Positions 26,616 through 36,643 of a stretch of 64,000 nt of DNA are shown here, in pieces; the stretch's first letter is position 1; the number at the start of each line of letters is the position of its first letter. This stretch comes from Phycisphaerae bacterium (GTDB lineage Bacteria; Planctomycetota; Phycisphaerae; UBA1845; Fen-1342): assembly GCA_963675745.2 (NCBI GenBank), contig CAXXWX010000026.1, positions 512,001 to 576,000 on the forward strand. Reading direction: 5' to 3'. Below the pieces are notes generated by a model. It did no database searches. It was not told where the DNA came from and worked only from the letters and a program-made list of their open reading frames with translations. Both the position numbers and the translations under genes were made by a program.

Positions 26616-29240
26616 CTATTCCAGGAAGAAGATCTCGTCGGCGCTGTATCCCAGCATCTGGTAGTTCGGCACGAAGCGCACATCCGGCTCCAGCACCGGC
26701 ATCCAGTCACCACCGTTGAACGACACATCCGCCGCCGTCAGATTCGTATCGGCGAGAGAATCCGCATGGTCGGCCGCCCGGTACGAACCCTCACCGGCCG
26801 GGTTCATGTAGTTGACCACAAATGCCCGCGAGCTCGTGCGCACGTATGTTGTGTCCCCGGCAATGTCGACGTCCGCGGCGCCGGCGACAATGTCCTCGTC
26901 CTGCGTCGCCAGCCCGAGGTCGGTCAATGCGCGGAAGTTGTAGTACGTCCAGCGGTAGAGCGGGAACTCGAGCGGCCCCATGCCGGGAACCTCGCGCAGC
27001 TCGGTGTTTGTCACGGGTACGGGTGTGTCCATCACGCCGCCGGCCGCATGGCAGACCACGCAGGAAAACGCCGCCCCGAGCGCCTCTTCCTTCGGCCGCA
27101 CGCCGTGACCACCCAGCGTAATGCCGTTGGAGTAGGCCGGGTAGTTGGCAATCGCTGCGAAGAACGCCGGTTGCTGCTCGGCGGGCAGGTTCATGCCTTG
27201 CATGCCGAGGAACATCTTTATGAGCGTCCCGTCGGGAACCTTCATCGTGATCAGCTCGTGCGCATCGGAGAATTGCGGATACCACTCGTAGGTCGGGTCG
27301 AGCCCCATCGGAGCGTTAAAGCCCATGAACTTCCGCAGACCCATGTTCGCCGCGTTGAACATGTCGTAGTAGAAATCGGCGCCCGGATCAACGAAGCCAT
27401 CACGATCGGCATCCCACTGCGATGTGCTTCCGGTGGCATAGCGAACCAGGTCGAACGAGACCTTGTCGAAGTAGACCAGGTTCGGGAAGATCTGCATCAG
27501 CGCCATCGCCTGCTTGTCGGGATTCTCCGAGAAGAAGTCGTTCAGCGTGATGTTGCGCGCCTCTTCGGGCGTGATGTCGAGGAAATCCAACGCCGCAAAG
27601 ACGTCGGCATTGGCTCCACCGGTCATAAAGCGATACATCGCATGGGCGTTGTACTGGTAAGCGCCCTCCATCGCTTCGTTGTTGGCCATCACACCATCAA
27701 AGAACCGCGCGTCGAATATCATGCCGTTACCCATGGGTTTGAACGGCGTGATCTTGGCCCCCTCGGCCCCGCGCACCGCCAGGCCCTGGGCAAGGAACGA
27801 GACGCGCCCGTCGAACCACATCAGTGTCGGGCGGACCTTGTACGCCTCCCAGTCTGAGTTGACATCCGCGTCGGTGCCGCCGTCGAGCAGATGGTCGGCG
27901 GAAATCAGCATGCTGTCGCGGCCATCGGCATTGCGACCGAAGTTAAGCTGGCCGCCGTGCCCGTAGGCCGCGTACGTGATACCGGATGAATACGGGATGT
28001 GACAGGTTTCGCACGCCATCACCGCCAGGTGAGCCGGCATGTGCGCGTTGCCGGGCAGGCTGGCGGCATCGTGGCAACTCGCACAGTTGAGCTGGTTCTC
28101 CGGCGAGCCCACCTCGTAGTCGCTGGCCATCAAATCGCCGCCCACGTTGTCGCCACGGACGAACTTGTGGTGCGACGCCGTGTGGCAGGCGACGCAATGT
28201 CGATCGCCACCACCGGCCAGTGCGGCCACCGCATCCGAAGATGCGTGGACATCGTGTCCCTCGCGAAACAGCGTGCCGCGTTTGTACCCGGTGCGGGCGT
28301 GCTCGTGACAACGCAGGCAGGCATGATCACTGGTCATCCCAATTGAGGACACCGCGTCGAGGCTGCGGTCCTGGGCGACTGTCGGCCAGGGCGTCTCCGG
28401 CGTGCCGTCGCCGTCGGCGTCCATCATCAGCGGCATGTCGGCCACACCATCGCCATCCGAGTCGATCAGCGGATCGGGCTGTCCATCCCCGTCGAAGTCA
28501 GTGTCGTCGCGCGCTACCCGGGCAAACCCCTCGGCCGTGGGTGAATGTCCATCATCCGGCGCGAACCCGGCGAGGGCGAACGCTCCATCGGCCGGGTAAG
28601 AGCGGTACTCCTCGGCATGGCAGATCAGGCAATCGAGCCCGGCGTTAACGATGTTTGTCGCCTGCTGCTGAGCGTCCGCCAAGCCCATCTCCGCAAACAT
28701 GCCGGCGAACATGCCCTCCATCATCGGCATGTATCGACCGGGGTGGCACTTGGCACATTCATCGAGGTTCACATCGGAGGTGAAGTTGATCAGCGAGGTC
28801 GACGACGGCAATCCGCAGGCCCGGTCGATCATGCCGTGCGCCCCGCCGCCCGGAAAGAGAACATTGTCGTTGCGTGAGGCCCACTTGTAGTGTACCGAAT
28901 CCTTCAGTTCGTCGATCACGCCGGCGTGGCACTTGATGCACAACTGTCCCACCATATCGCGTCGCACGGCGGCCTGGCTAATGCGTTTCTCACCGAGCAC
29001 GTACTCGTCGGTTTCGGTGTCGTATCGGAACAGGTGAACGTCGATCAGGCTCGAGGGTGTGCAATTCGGATCGACCACACCCCCGCCGTCGCCGCCGTCA
29101 TTGGGCTCGCCGCCATCACCGTCGGCTCCGGGTGTTGGATCGACCGGCGGGGGGACCAGAGCCGGGCAGCCGGCCAGGCCGATGATCGCGAGTAGGAGTA
29201 CCCCGATAGCAGTCCGTTGCAGTAGTGTGCGGGATGACAT
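26616..29240 (-). CDS. octaheme cytochrome c lipoprotein, tetrathionate reductase (OTR)-like
   Basis: Lipobox LAGC; 8 CxxCH motifs (CIKCH, CAKCH, CLICH, CLRCH, CVACH, CASCH, CETCH, CVVCH); OTR-like HDVH, ACETCHIP and HGVRPKEEAL. Confidence 0.82.
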   Translation of the reverse strand: MSSRTLLQRTAIGVLLLAIIGLAGCPALVPPPVDPTPGADGDGGEPNDGGDGGGVVDPNCTPSSLIDVHLFRYDTETDEYVLGEKRISQAAVRRDMVGQLCIKCHAGVIDELKDSVHYKWASRNDNVLFPGGGAHGMIDRACGLPSSTSLINFTSDVNLDECAKCHPGRYMPMMEGMFAGMFAEMGLADAQQQATNIVNAGLDCLICHAEEYRSYPADGAFALAGFAPDDGHSPTAEGFARVARDDTDFDGDGQPDPLIDSDGDGVADMPLMMDADGDGTPETPWPTVAQDRSLDAVSSIGMTSDHACLRCHEHARTGYKRGTLFREGHDVHASSDAVAALAGGGDRHCVACHTASHHKFVRGDNVGGDLMASDYEVGSPENQLNCASCHDAASLPGNAHMPAHLAVMACETCHIPYSSGITYAAYGHGGQLNFGRNADGRDSMLISADHLLDGGTDADVNSDWEAYKVRPTLMWFDGRVSFLAQGLAVRGAEGAKITPFKPMGNGMIFDARFFDGVMANNEAMEGAYQYNAHAMYRFMTGGANADVFAALDFLDITPEEARNITLNDFFSENPDKQAMALMQIFPNLVYFDKVSFDLVRYATGSTSQWDADRDGFVDPGADFYYDMFNAANMGLRKFMGFNAPMGLDPTYEWYPQFSDAHELITMKVPDGTLIKMFLGMQGMNLPAEQQPAFFAAIANYPAYSNGITLGGHGVRPKEEALGAAFSCVVCHAAGGVMDTPVPVTNTELREVPGMGPLEFPLYRWTYYNFRALTDLGLATQDEDIVAGAADVDIAGDTTYVRTSSRAFVVNYMNPAGEGSYRAADHADSLADTNLTAADVSFNGGDWMPVLEPDVRFVPNYQMLGYSADEIFFLE

Positions 29241-29720
29241 GTCTTTTCCTTTTCCGAAACAAAGATAGCGGATGACCGAAACACCAATTGCGCCGCCCCC
29301 ACGCCGGCTACCCGATGGAGGCCACCCAACGGCGTTACCTCCCACCCCGCGAGCACCGGCCGCGACGCCAAGCGCTATTGCTGGCGATCACTCTATCGGC
29401 GTTAAAGCACAGGTGTCAATCTATGCATGGAGACTGCGCGCCGCGCGAGCAAGGCCTCCTCGCAGCACCTGTCTGGCAGGCGCGCCGACAAGTTCGCATC
29501 CGGCGGCCGGCGGATTCGACGGTGCGCGATCGCCGGACTCTGCGCATAAAGAGAGCGGCCACACACACTGCCCATGCGAGCGTGCCGCCACCGCGAATCA
29601 CGTGTGGCGACCTGCCCCCGGGACGCCGAGGCGTCGCTGGGGCGATGTGTGCGGACCGCTCCGTGAAAGTCTGTAGCCTGTTCAGATTGTGCTAATCAGC
29701 CGAGCAGTAGCGACTGTTCT

Positions 29721-29884
29721 GAGCACACCGTCAGCCATTGAGCCGGCGATGTGCGTGGCGCAAATCGGCATACCCGTTCGGACCGGGGTTGATCGGGTCT
29801 GGGTTGATGGGGACGGTCCGCTCGGGAATGCCCGGAATGTCGCGTTGTTTGCTCAACGTAGCTTACCACAGTCTGTCTGGCCTC
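29721..29884. ncRNA. candidate long imperfect hairpin RNA (strand uncertain)
   Basis: Nested stems TTGAGC/GCTCAA, GCGA/TCGC, GGCAT/ATGCC, CCCG/CGGG and CGGACCG/CGGTCCG. Confidence 0.4.
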
Positions 29885-29904
29885 GAGCTTTCAGTTAGGT
29901 CCGT

Positions 29905-30132
29905 CTAGCGTTTGGCCTTTTTGGTCTTTTTGGCCTTTTTGGTCTTTTTGGCCTTCTTGACCTTCTTGGCCTTTTTGACCTTCTTCGCCTTCTTGACCTT
30001 CTTCTTGGTCACCTTCTTCTTGGCGACCTTCTTCTTGGTTGCCTTCTTCTTTGTGACCTTCTTCTTGGCAACCTTCTTCTTGGCCACTTTCTTCTTGGCG
30101 GCCTTCTTCTTGGTGGCCTTCTTCTTGGCCAT
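29905..30132 (-). CDS. Lys-rich histone H1-like (Hc1/Hc2-type composition) protein
   Basis: 75 aa with 46 Lys: (xxKKK)9 then (xKK)n; GGAGGA RBS; 32 bp downstream of smc. Confidence 0.85.
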   Translation of the reverse strand: MAKKKATKKKAAKKKVAKKKVAKKKVTKKKATKKKVAKKKVTKKKVKKAKKVKKAKKVKKAKKTKKAKKTKKAKR

Positions 30133-30164
30133 ATGCGTCCTCCTAGGAGAGAGACACGGAATCC

Positions 30165-33100
30165 TTACGCCAAACTAGGCGCATCCACACGATCATCAAA
30201 GCGGACGCTGACGCGTTTGCTCACACCAGTCTCTTCCATCGTCACACCGTAAAGCACGTCAGCCTGCTGCATCGTCCGCTTGTTATGCGTTATGACCACA
30301 AACTGCGAGTGTGCCAGAAACTCCTGCAAGCAATCATTGAAACGTCCAACGTTCGCTTCATCAAGGGCCGCGTCCACTTCATCCAAGATTGCGAAAGGCG
30401 ACGGCCGGCTCTTGAAAACCGCCAGCAGTAACGCAACCGCCGTCATCGTCTTCTCGCCGCCCGACAGCAGCGAGATCGATTGTGGCTCTTTTCCCGGTGG
30501 CCGCGCGATTATCTCGATACCACACTCAAGCGGATTGTCAGCGTCTTCCAAAATGATATCGGCTTTTCCACCGCCGAATAGTTTACGGAACAGTCCTTGA
30601 AAATGCTCGCGAATATTCTCAAAACTTGCCAGGAAACGTTTGCGCGACTCTTCGTCCAGCTCGACGATCAACGACTCGAGCTGTTCGATCGCGTCCAGCA
30701 GATCCTGTCGTTGTGACCGCATGTTCTCGTGGCGCGGCGTGAGTTCGTCCAGTTCGCGGAGCGCGTCGAGGTTCACGTTGCCGAGCCGCTGGATCTTCTG
30801 GCGCAGCGTTTCGATCTCTTCCCTGATGGCATCCCAGTCGCGCTCCTCGTGCCGGTAGTCGGTGTAGAGCGCCGCCAGGTCCAGCGACAACTCATCAGCC
30901 ACGCGGGCCACGAGGTTCTCTTTGCGGACCTCCGCCTCGCGCGCGGCGATCTGCCGCTCGTGCATCTGCGCTTCGCGCTGCTCGATGACCGCGTGAATAG
31001 CGCGCGCCGCAGCGCCGCACTCCTCGATGCGTTGGCGCAACGCGTTGCGCTCGGCGCCGAGCTCTTCGATGGCGGCCCGACACTCCCGCAATTCGTGCAA
31101 AACCACCGCCTCACGCCGTTCCGCGTTCGCCAGGTCACCATTGGCCGCATCGATGGCACGCGCCGCTTCGGCCTCTTCGTTCTGCGCCGTTTCCCGCTCA
31201 CGCAGCAGGGCTGCCAGGCGCTCCCGCAATTCGGCGAGCGCGGCCTCGCCCGCCGTGCGCCGTTCAGCGCTGCGTCCCACATCGACGCGTGCTTCAGTCA
31301 ACTGCTGTGAGAACGCCCGCAAGGCGCGCTCCAGTTCGCCAAGCTCACGTTCCAATGCCCCGATTTGCGATTCGTGCGCTCGCCGCGCCGCATCCACGGC
31401 CTCGCGTTCAGCGTGCAGGCCCGCCAGTTCGTCGGTTTTCTCTTGCAGTTGCGCGCGCAGGCTTTTCAATTCGCCGGCCATCGCCGATCGCTCTCGATCG
31501 ACGCGCGCCAGTTCGTCATCGACGCGCGCCAGCGCTGCCTGCTGTTCGGCGTGTTGCTTCTGGGCGACGGCCACGCGCCCCAGTGTGGCCTCGCGCTGTA
31601 CTTGCGCGTCGGAGAGCGCTTCATCGAGCTCGAGCCGCGCGCGGGTCGCCCGCTCCAATCGCGTCTCGTCTTCGTCGAGCTGGGCGCGTAGCTGGCGGAT
31701 TTCAGCCTTGCGGCTGATCAGGCCGGTGGTGGCCTGGGCCGCACCGATGGTGATCTGTCCCGTAGCCGTGACGGCATAGCCGTCCAACGTGGCAAACGCG
31801 TAGTCTTCGGGAGCATCACCGCTCAGACGCAGCGCGTCGTGCAAGGAGTCCACGACAAATACGTGTCCCAGCAATGCTTCGGCCAGCCCGCGGTACTGAT
31901 CATCACACAACACCCAATCCGCCGCACGCGCCACAACTCCGGCCAGGCCGTCAAAGGCATGCTCGGGCACCGCGGGCCGCAGGCGGTCCAGCGCGATGAT
32001 GCGCGCCGATCCGTTTGTCGCGCCACGCCTGGCAATGGTATCGAGAAACTCCTCGGCGTCGCGCACGACCACCCGGTTCTCGAAGGCCGACAGCAACGGC
32101 TGCAATACACCCAGGCGCGGATCATCGATCCGCAACACGTCGGCCACCAGCCCGATGACTCCGCCCGAGTCGCCCTCCCGCTGACGCCACTCCAGAATCG
32201 AACGCGTGCCGCGATCGACACCCTCGAGACGCTGCTCCATGTCCTCGAGGACACTCAGACGAGACAGCGTGGCGGCGCGCGCTTCCTTGGCTTCCGCGAT
32301 GGCAGCGTCGATCCGCGCGTGTTCGCCCCGCAACCGCGCCAGCCGCGCATCGGCTTCGCGAACCGCGCCGGTCAGCGCGTTGATCCGATCGTCCAGCTCC
32401 GACGCCTCACGCCGCATCGCGTCGCGCCGTTGATCCTGCTCACGCTGTCCGTCACGCAGCTCGGCCGCGCGCTCGCGGCGTGCGTCAATCTCGCGCGCCA
32501 CGCGTTCGGATTGCTGCTCCAGGTTTGTTTGCTGGTTGTGCAACAAGCTGGCCCGACGAATGACCTCGAACGCCGCCGAACGTTCTTGCTCGAGCGATGC
32601 GCGTGATTCTTCACAACGTGCGGCCGCATCGGTCCGCTGCTGCTCCAGCGCGCCGGCGCGCCCCGCGAACTGCTCGGCGGCTTCGTCGAGTTGGCGAACC
32701 GCGCGCTCCTCCTCGGCGATCCGCCGCCGCAACTCGTCGGCGCGCGCTGTGATTTCCACAACCTGTTGCGCGCGCCGCGCACGCGTCTCACCCAGCTCAC
32801 TCAACCGCCGCGCACCCTGCGCGCGGCGTTCAGCGAGCGTGCTGGCTTCGTTCTGCAGCTCGACGTGGGTCGCCTCATCCCGCCGCAGCCGCTCGTCAAA
32901 CGCCTCGAGCTGCTTACCCAACTCGGCCGCCTGCGCGTCGCGCTGGGCGGACTCCTGACGGCTGGATTGCACCTGTGCCTCGAGCGCGCCGATCTCGGCG
33001 CGGGCCCGCTCCCAAGCCTGTTCCAGTTGGTGGTATTCGGTTAGTGAAAACTCGGAACGCAACTCGCGCAAACGCGCATCGTACTCCTGGAAGTTACGGG

Positions 33101-33734
33101 CCTTGCCCGCCGCCAGCTTCACACTACGCAGTTGACGCTCGAGTTCCTCAAGGATGTCGTTCAGACGCAACACGTTGTTCTGCGTACGTTCGAGCTTGCG
33201 CTGCGCGTCGGCGCGGCGCGAGCGATAACGGCTTATCCCGGCGGCCTCTTCGAATATCTCGCGGCGCTGGATCGGATTGGCTTGCAGCAGCACGTCAACG
33301 CGGCCCTGCTCGATCACGCTGTAGGCGTGGACCGCCACCCCCGTATCCAACAGCAGATTACGTATATCCTTGAGCCGGCAGACTTCCCCGTTGAGCCGAT
33401 ATTCGCTCTCTCCGCTGCGATAGAGCGTGCGTGCGACCTGCACCTCCGGCGTATCACAATCCAGGAAACGCGTGGAGTTATCGAATGTGAGCGTAACGTC
33501 GGCGGAGTTTGCCGGCGGCCGTGAGCGCGAGCCGGAGAATATAACGTCCAGCATCTTCGCGCCGCGCAGGCTGCGGGCTGATTGCTCACCCAGCACCCAG
33601 CGGACCGCATCGACCACGTTGCTCTTGCCACAGCCGTTCGGGCCAACGATACCGGTCACACCCGATCCGAAGTCGAACTCGGTCCGGTCCGCGAAGCTCT
33701 TGAACCCATGAACTGCGATACGCTTCAGAAACAC
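30165..33734 (-). CDS. smc: chromosome segregation protein SMC
   Basis: [25 protein letters not shown], hinge, [21 protein letters not shown] and VITHNK; GTG start at 33734. Confidence 0.97.
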   Translation of the reverse strand: MFLKRIAVHGFKSFADRTEFDFGSGVTGIVGPNGCGKSNVVDAVRWVLGEQSARSLRGAKMLDVIFSGSRSRPPANSADVTLTFDNSTRFLDCDTPEVQVARTLYRSGESEYRLNGEVCRLKDIRNLLLDTGVAVHAYSVIEQGRVDVLLQANPIQRREIFEEAAGISRYRSRRADAQRKLERTQNNVLRLNDILEELERQLRSVKLAAGKARNFQEYDARLRELRSEFSLTEYHQLEQAWERARAEIGALEAQVQSSRQESAQRDAQAAELGKQLEAFDERLRRDEATHVELQNEASTLAERRAQGARRLSELGETRARRAQQVVEITARADELRRRIAEEERAVRQLDEAAEQFAGRAGALEQQRTDAAARCEESRASLEQERSAAFEVIRRASLLHNQQTNLEQQSERVAREIDARRERAAELRDGQREQDQRRDAMRREASELDDRINALTGAVREADARLARLRGEHARIDAAIAEAKEARAATLSRLSVLEDMEQRLEGVDRGTRSILEWRQREGDSGGVIGLVADVLRIDDPRLGVLQPLLSAFENRVVVRDAEEFLDTIARRGATNGSARIIALDRLRPAVPEHAFDGLAGVVARAADWVLCDDQYRGLAEALLGHVFVVDSLHDALRLSGDAPEDYAFATLDGYAVTATGQITIGAAQATTGLISRKAEIRQLRAQLDEDETRLERATRARLELDEALSDAQVQREATLGRVAVAQKQHAEQQAALARVDDELARVDRERSAMAGELKSLRAQLQEKTDELAGLHAEREAVDAARRAHESQIGALERELGELERALRAFSQQLTEARVDVGRSAERRTAGEAALAELRERLAALLRERETAQNEEAEAARAIDAANGDLANAERREAVVLHELRECRAAIEELGAERNALRQRIEECGAAARAIHAVIEQREAQMHERQIAAREAEVRKENLVARVADELSLDLAALYTDYRHEERDWDAIREEIETLRQKIQRLGNVNLDALRELDELTPRHENMRSQRQDLLDAIEQLESLIVELDEESRKRFLASFENIREHFQGLFRKLFGGGKADIILEDADNPLECGIEIIARPPGKEPQSISLLSGGEKTMTAVALLLAVFKSRPSPFAILDEVDAALDEANVGRFNDCLQEFLAHSQFVVITHNKRTMQQADVLYGVTMEETGVSKRVSVRFDDRVDAPSLA

Positions 33735-33787
33735 CGGATCTGACCCACATGTGTCCCGACCTTCCTGAGCCGGGAGACCGCGCCAAG

Positions 33788-33807
33788 ACATACCACATCT
33801 GGTATGT
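33788..33807. promoter_or_regulatory. palindromic operator upstream of smc, NrdR-box-like
   Basis: ACATACCA-CATC-TGGTATGT, perfect 8-bp arms. Confidence 0.5.
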
Positions 33808-34011
33808 TCTCTCTTAACCTAGCACAAGAACTCGCTTGCGGCAAGCAACTTACGGCGGTTAGATCATCGCGCGACAACGCCGGCGCCGAACGACCGACAG
33901 ATAGAACGGACGCCAGCGGACATCGATTCCGTCGTTAACCCGTCATCACCACGAGTCGGACGCGCCTCACGCCGAACGTCCAGATACACACGCCGTTTTT
34001 CCGACCGTCAT

Positions 34012-34120
34012 TTGCCTTTGCCGCGGCGCGCTGCATAGAACCGGCGTGGCGAGAGTGGGAGCAGGTGAGCGCTGCTTGCCTGAGCGTGGCATTGGTAACC
34101 GGAGGGTCGGGGCATCTTCC
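34012..34120 (+). promoter_or_regulatory. sigma70-like promoter and two-hairpin leader (copy 1)
   Basis: TTGCCT-N18-TAGAAC; hairpins at 34062-34082 and 34101-34120. Confidence 0.5.
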
Positions 34121-34158
34121 CGTACCAGGCACATCTTGTAGAGCAGAGGAGAAGCCCG

Positions 34159-34983
34159 ATGAAGAAAACTCTGTGTGTGTTGATTGGTCTGGCGCTGTGC
34201 GGCAGCGCGGCCATTGCCGATGACGCTACCGTTGGCGATCTCGACGTGTTCTTCAGCACGTCCAATGCAATCCAGCACATGACGCCGGGCGCTCCGGAGA
34301 TCGTCGTCGACACGAGCGGTGGCCCGGTAAGCGAGCGACTGTATATCTGGGCAAACATCGATCATGACGACTTCGCCAAATGGAACGGTCTCGGCCTCAA
34401 CTTCGTGACCGAGGGCGGAGTCTCGGTGACCGGCGGCGAGCTGTACAACCCGAATATGGGGCCCAGCAGCGGCAGCAAGGGCCAGACCTGGGAGGAGTAT
34501 GAGAAGTTCCGTTGGCAAAACGGCGCTGTCGGCGGCTCCGAGCCGAACAATCCCATCCCGATGACCCCCGGCGGATACTTGAACGCCTCTGCCGTCAGCG
34601 GCGGGTGGCTCCTTGAACTGGGTGTCATGCCGGCCTACGGCGACTACGGCACCGGACCCGACGCTGGCGACGAGCTGGCGTACAGCAACTACGCCGCCGA
34701 CACCACGACCTGGACCCTCTCGTACTTGCTCGGGCACATTGACGTTGAAGTCTCCGACGTTGATTCCGCGGTCAACTTCGCCATCAGTTCGGCATGGTGC
34801 ACGCTGAAGGGCGATACCGATCCATACGCAACTGTACGCTTCGGCCTGAATGATGAGGTCAGCGGCAGAGTGACCGGCGCCGGCGGCTTCGCGGATGAGC
34901 GTGTCAACGACGTGACGTTTACGCCGGAGCCCGCCAGCCTGGTGCTGCTGGTTCTATCAGGGTTGCTGCTCCGCCGCCGCTAG
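34159..34983 (+). CDS. PEP-CTERM sorting domain protein, paralog 1
   Basis: Signal peptide; C-terminal TPEPASLVLLVLSGLLLRRR. Confidence 0.92.
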   Translation: MKKTLCVLIGLALCGSAAIADDATVGDLDVFFSTSNAIQHMTPGAPEIVVDTSGGPVSERLYIWANIDHDDFAKWNGLGLNFVTEGGVSVTGGELYNPNMGPSSGSKGQTWEEYEKFRWQNGAVGGSEPNNPIPMTPGGYLNASAVSGGWLLELGVMPAYGDYGTGPDAGDELAYSNYAADTTTWTLSYLLGHIDVEVSDVDSAVNFAISSAWCTLKGDTDPYATVRFGLNDEVSGRVTGAGGFADERVNDVTFTPEPASLVLLVLSGLLLRRR

Positions 34984-35030
34984 ACATTCTAGACTTGTGA
35001 TCTGGGCAGAGTCCCGACAGCGAATCGATG

Positions 35031-35073
35031 ACCAAGGAGTCGCGCGTTGCGCGCGGCCCCTTGGTTTTTTTTT
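35031..35073 (+). terminator. rho-independent terminator
   Basis: ACCAAGG..CGCGCG/CGCGCG..CCTTGGT stem followed by a T run. Confidence 0.8.
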
Positions 35074-35228
35074 GCCAAGATGCGTGAAGCGGTGGCATGC
35101 GATGGCAATCCGGCCATTGCGAGTCCGATAATGATTTGTTTTGCGGGCGACACTGCCGCATCGGCCTGGGTAGGCCCAGAACCAGACACAGGTCATAGCC
35201 GGCGTCGTTTTTTTTGACCGCATGCCCG

Positions 35229-35328
35229 TTGCTTCCCATGGGCCCATCATGTATAACTGAGAACGTGAGAGAGTCAGGGTGAGCGGCACTCACCTAATGC
35301 AATGGTCCATGGAGGCGGGAGCACCTCC
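35229..35328 (+). promoter_or_regulatory. sigma70-like promoter and two-hairpin leader (copy 2)
   Basis: TTGCTT-N17-TATAAC; GGTGAG-CGGCA-CTCACC and GGAGG-CGGGAGCA-CCTCC. Confidence 0.6.
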
Positions 35329-35366
35329 CAACTTACTCAACTCAAGCGAGAAGAGGAGAAAGAGAA

Positions 35367-36173
35367 ATGAAGAAAATCTTGTGTGTTTTGGTTGGTTTGA
35401 CGTTCTGCGCCGGTGCGTATGCTGGTGACGCTACGGTCGGCGACATGGACATCTTCTTCAGCACCGACGCCAACATCGAGTTTAAGGCCCCGGGCGCCCC
35501 GGATCTGGGCGACATCGGCGGAGCTGGCACGCAGACGCTGTACGTCTATGCGAATATCGACATCAATGACTTCAAGACCTGGAACGGTCTTGGTCTCGAT
35601 ATCGCCATCGATGGCGGCACCTACCTGGGTGGCGAGCTCTACAACCCGAACATGGGTGCAACGCCTCCTGTCGATCCGCTCTGGCCGCAGTATGAGAAGT
35701 ATCGTTGGCAAAATGGCGCCATTTCGGGCAGCCGGCCCTACAACCCGATCCCCAGCACTGTCGAAGGCTATCTCAATGCCTCGGCCGTCAGTGGTGGCTG
35801 GTTGATCAACCTCGGCGCGTTGCCGTCCTACGGCGACTACGGGACTGGTCCAAACAGTGGCGACGAGTTGGCGTATAGCGACTACCAGAATGATGCCGGC
35901 GATATTACTTGGACCGGCACTTACCTGCTCGGCGAGATCTGGTTCACCGGCGATGCTGTAGGTGGCATCAACCTCGGTGTCAGCCCCGCCTGGAACACCC
36001 AGACCGGTGATACCGCGCCGTGGGCAACGCTGGCCTTCGGTCTCAACGGCCCGGTTGACGGTCGTCTGACCGGCGCCGGCCTCGACAACGTGATCTATGA
36101 CGCGACGTTCACCCCCGAGCCCGCCAGCCTCTTGCTGATGGCCCTCGGCGCGCTGATCATTCGCCGTCGCTAA
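35367..36173 (+). CDS. PEP-CTERM sorting domain protein, paralog 2
   Basis: Signal peptide; TPEPASLLLMALGALIIRRR; shared core with paralogs 1 and 3. Confidence 0.92.
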   Translation: MKKILCVLVGLTFCAGAYAGDATVGDMDIFFSTDANIEFKAPGAPDLGDIGGAGTQTLYVYANIDINDFKTWNGLGLDIAIDGGTYLGGELYNPNMGATPPVDPLWPQYEKYRWQNGAISGSRPYNPIPSTVEGYLNASAVSGGWLINLGALPSYGDYGTGPNSGDELAYSDYQNDAGDITWTGTYLLGEIWFTGDAVGGINLGVSPAWNTQTGDTAPWATLAFGLNGPVDGRLTGAGLDNVIYDATFTPEPASLLLMALGALIIRRR

Positions 36174-36206
36174 GTCGTTGTCGTAAGACAGTAAGCAGTT
36201 GTAATT

Positions 36207-36243
36207 AGAAGGAGCCGGGACTTGTTCCCGGCTCCTTTCTTAT
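36207..36243 (+). terminator. rho-independent terminator
   Basis: AAGGAGCCGGGA-CTTGT-TCCCGGCTCCTT followed by TCTTAT. Confidence 0.75.
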
Positions 36244-36520
36244 GCGCACTCCACAGCGAGATGTTCGCCGGGTCCGCACGTTCATGGACAGAACCGCGAG
36301 CGTAAGCGACCGGCGCGATGCCGGCATACGCTATCCCAGGCGCCGACGCTCCAGGTACTGATCGGCCCGGTGGGCAAGTCATTCAGTGACCAATCGAGCA
36401 TCGATACGCGCGGTTCAACAAGCGTTATCGCACGCCGCCGGGGGCAATTCGTGCCTGCCGCGTTTTCTTCGCGGCTCTTATCGCGCCTTCGAAAAACTGC
36501 AAAAGCTACGGGAGGGAAAC

Positions 36521-36617
36521 TTGATCTCGCAAAAAACGCAGGCCTATAAACGGGTGTCAAGACGAGTGAGCGGCACTCACCGACCCAAAGGATATTTGGG
36601 GGACGGAAACACCTCCA
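36521..36617 (+). promoter_or_regulatory. sigma70-like promoter and two-hairpin leader (copy 3)
   Basis: TTGATC-N18-TATAAA; GTGAG-CGGCA-CTCAC and TGGGGG-ACGGAAACA-CCTCCA. Confidence 0.6.
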
Positions 36618-36643
36618 TCAACCGTTTTTGCGAGGAGCAAGTG

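Noticed and set aside
29912..30178. Phe-rich membrane peptide on the + strand
   Set aside because: Antisense shadow of the Lys-repeat gene, which has the RBS and operon context.
36386..36643. N-terminal extension of PEP-CTERM paralog 3 in the ORF track (similar extensions for smc, hydA, the cytochrome and the response regulator)
   Set aside because: Paralog alignment, RBS position and family start motifs place the starts downstream.
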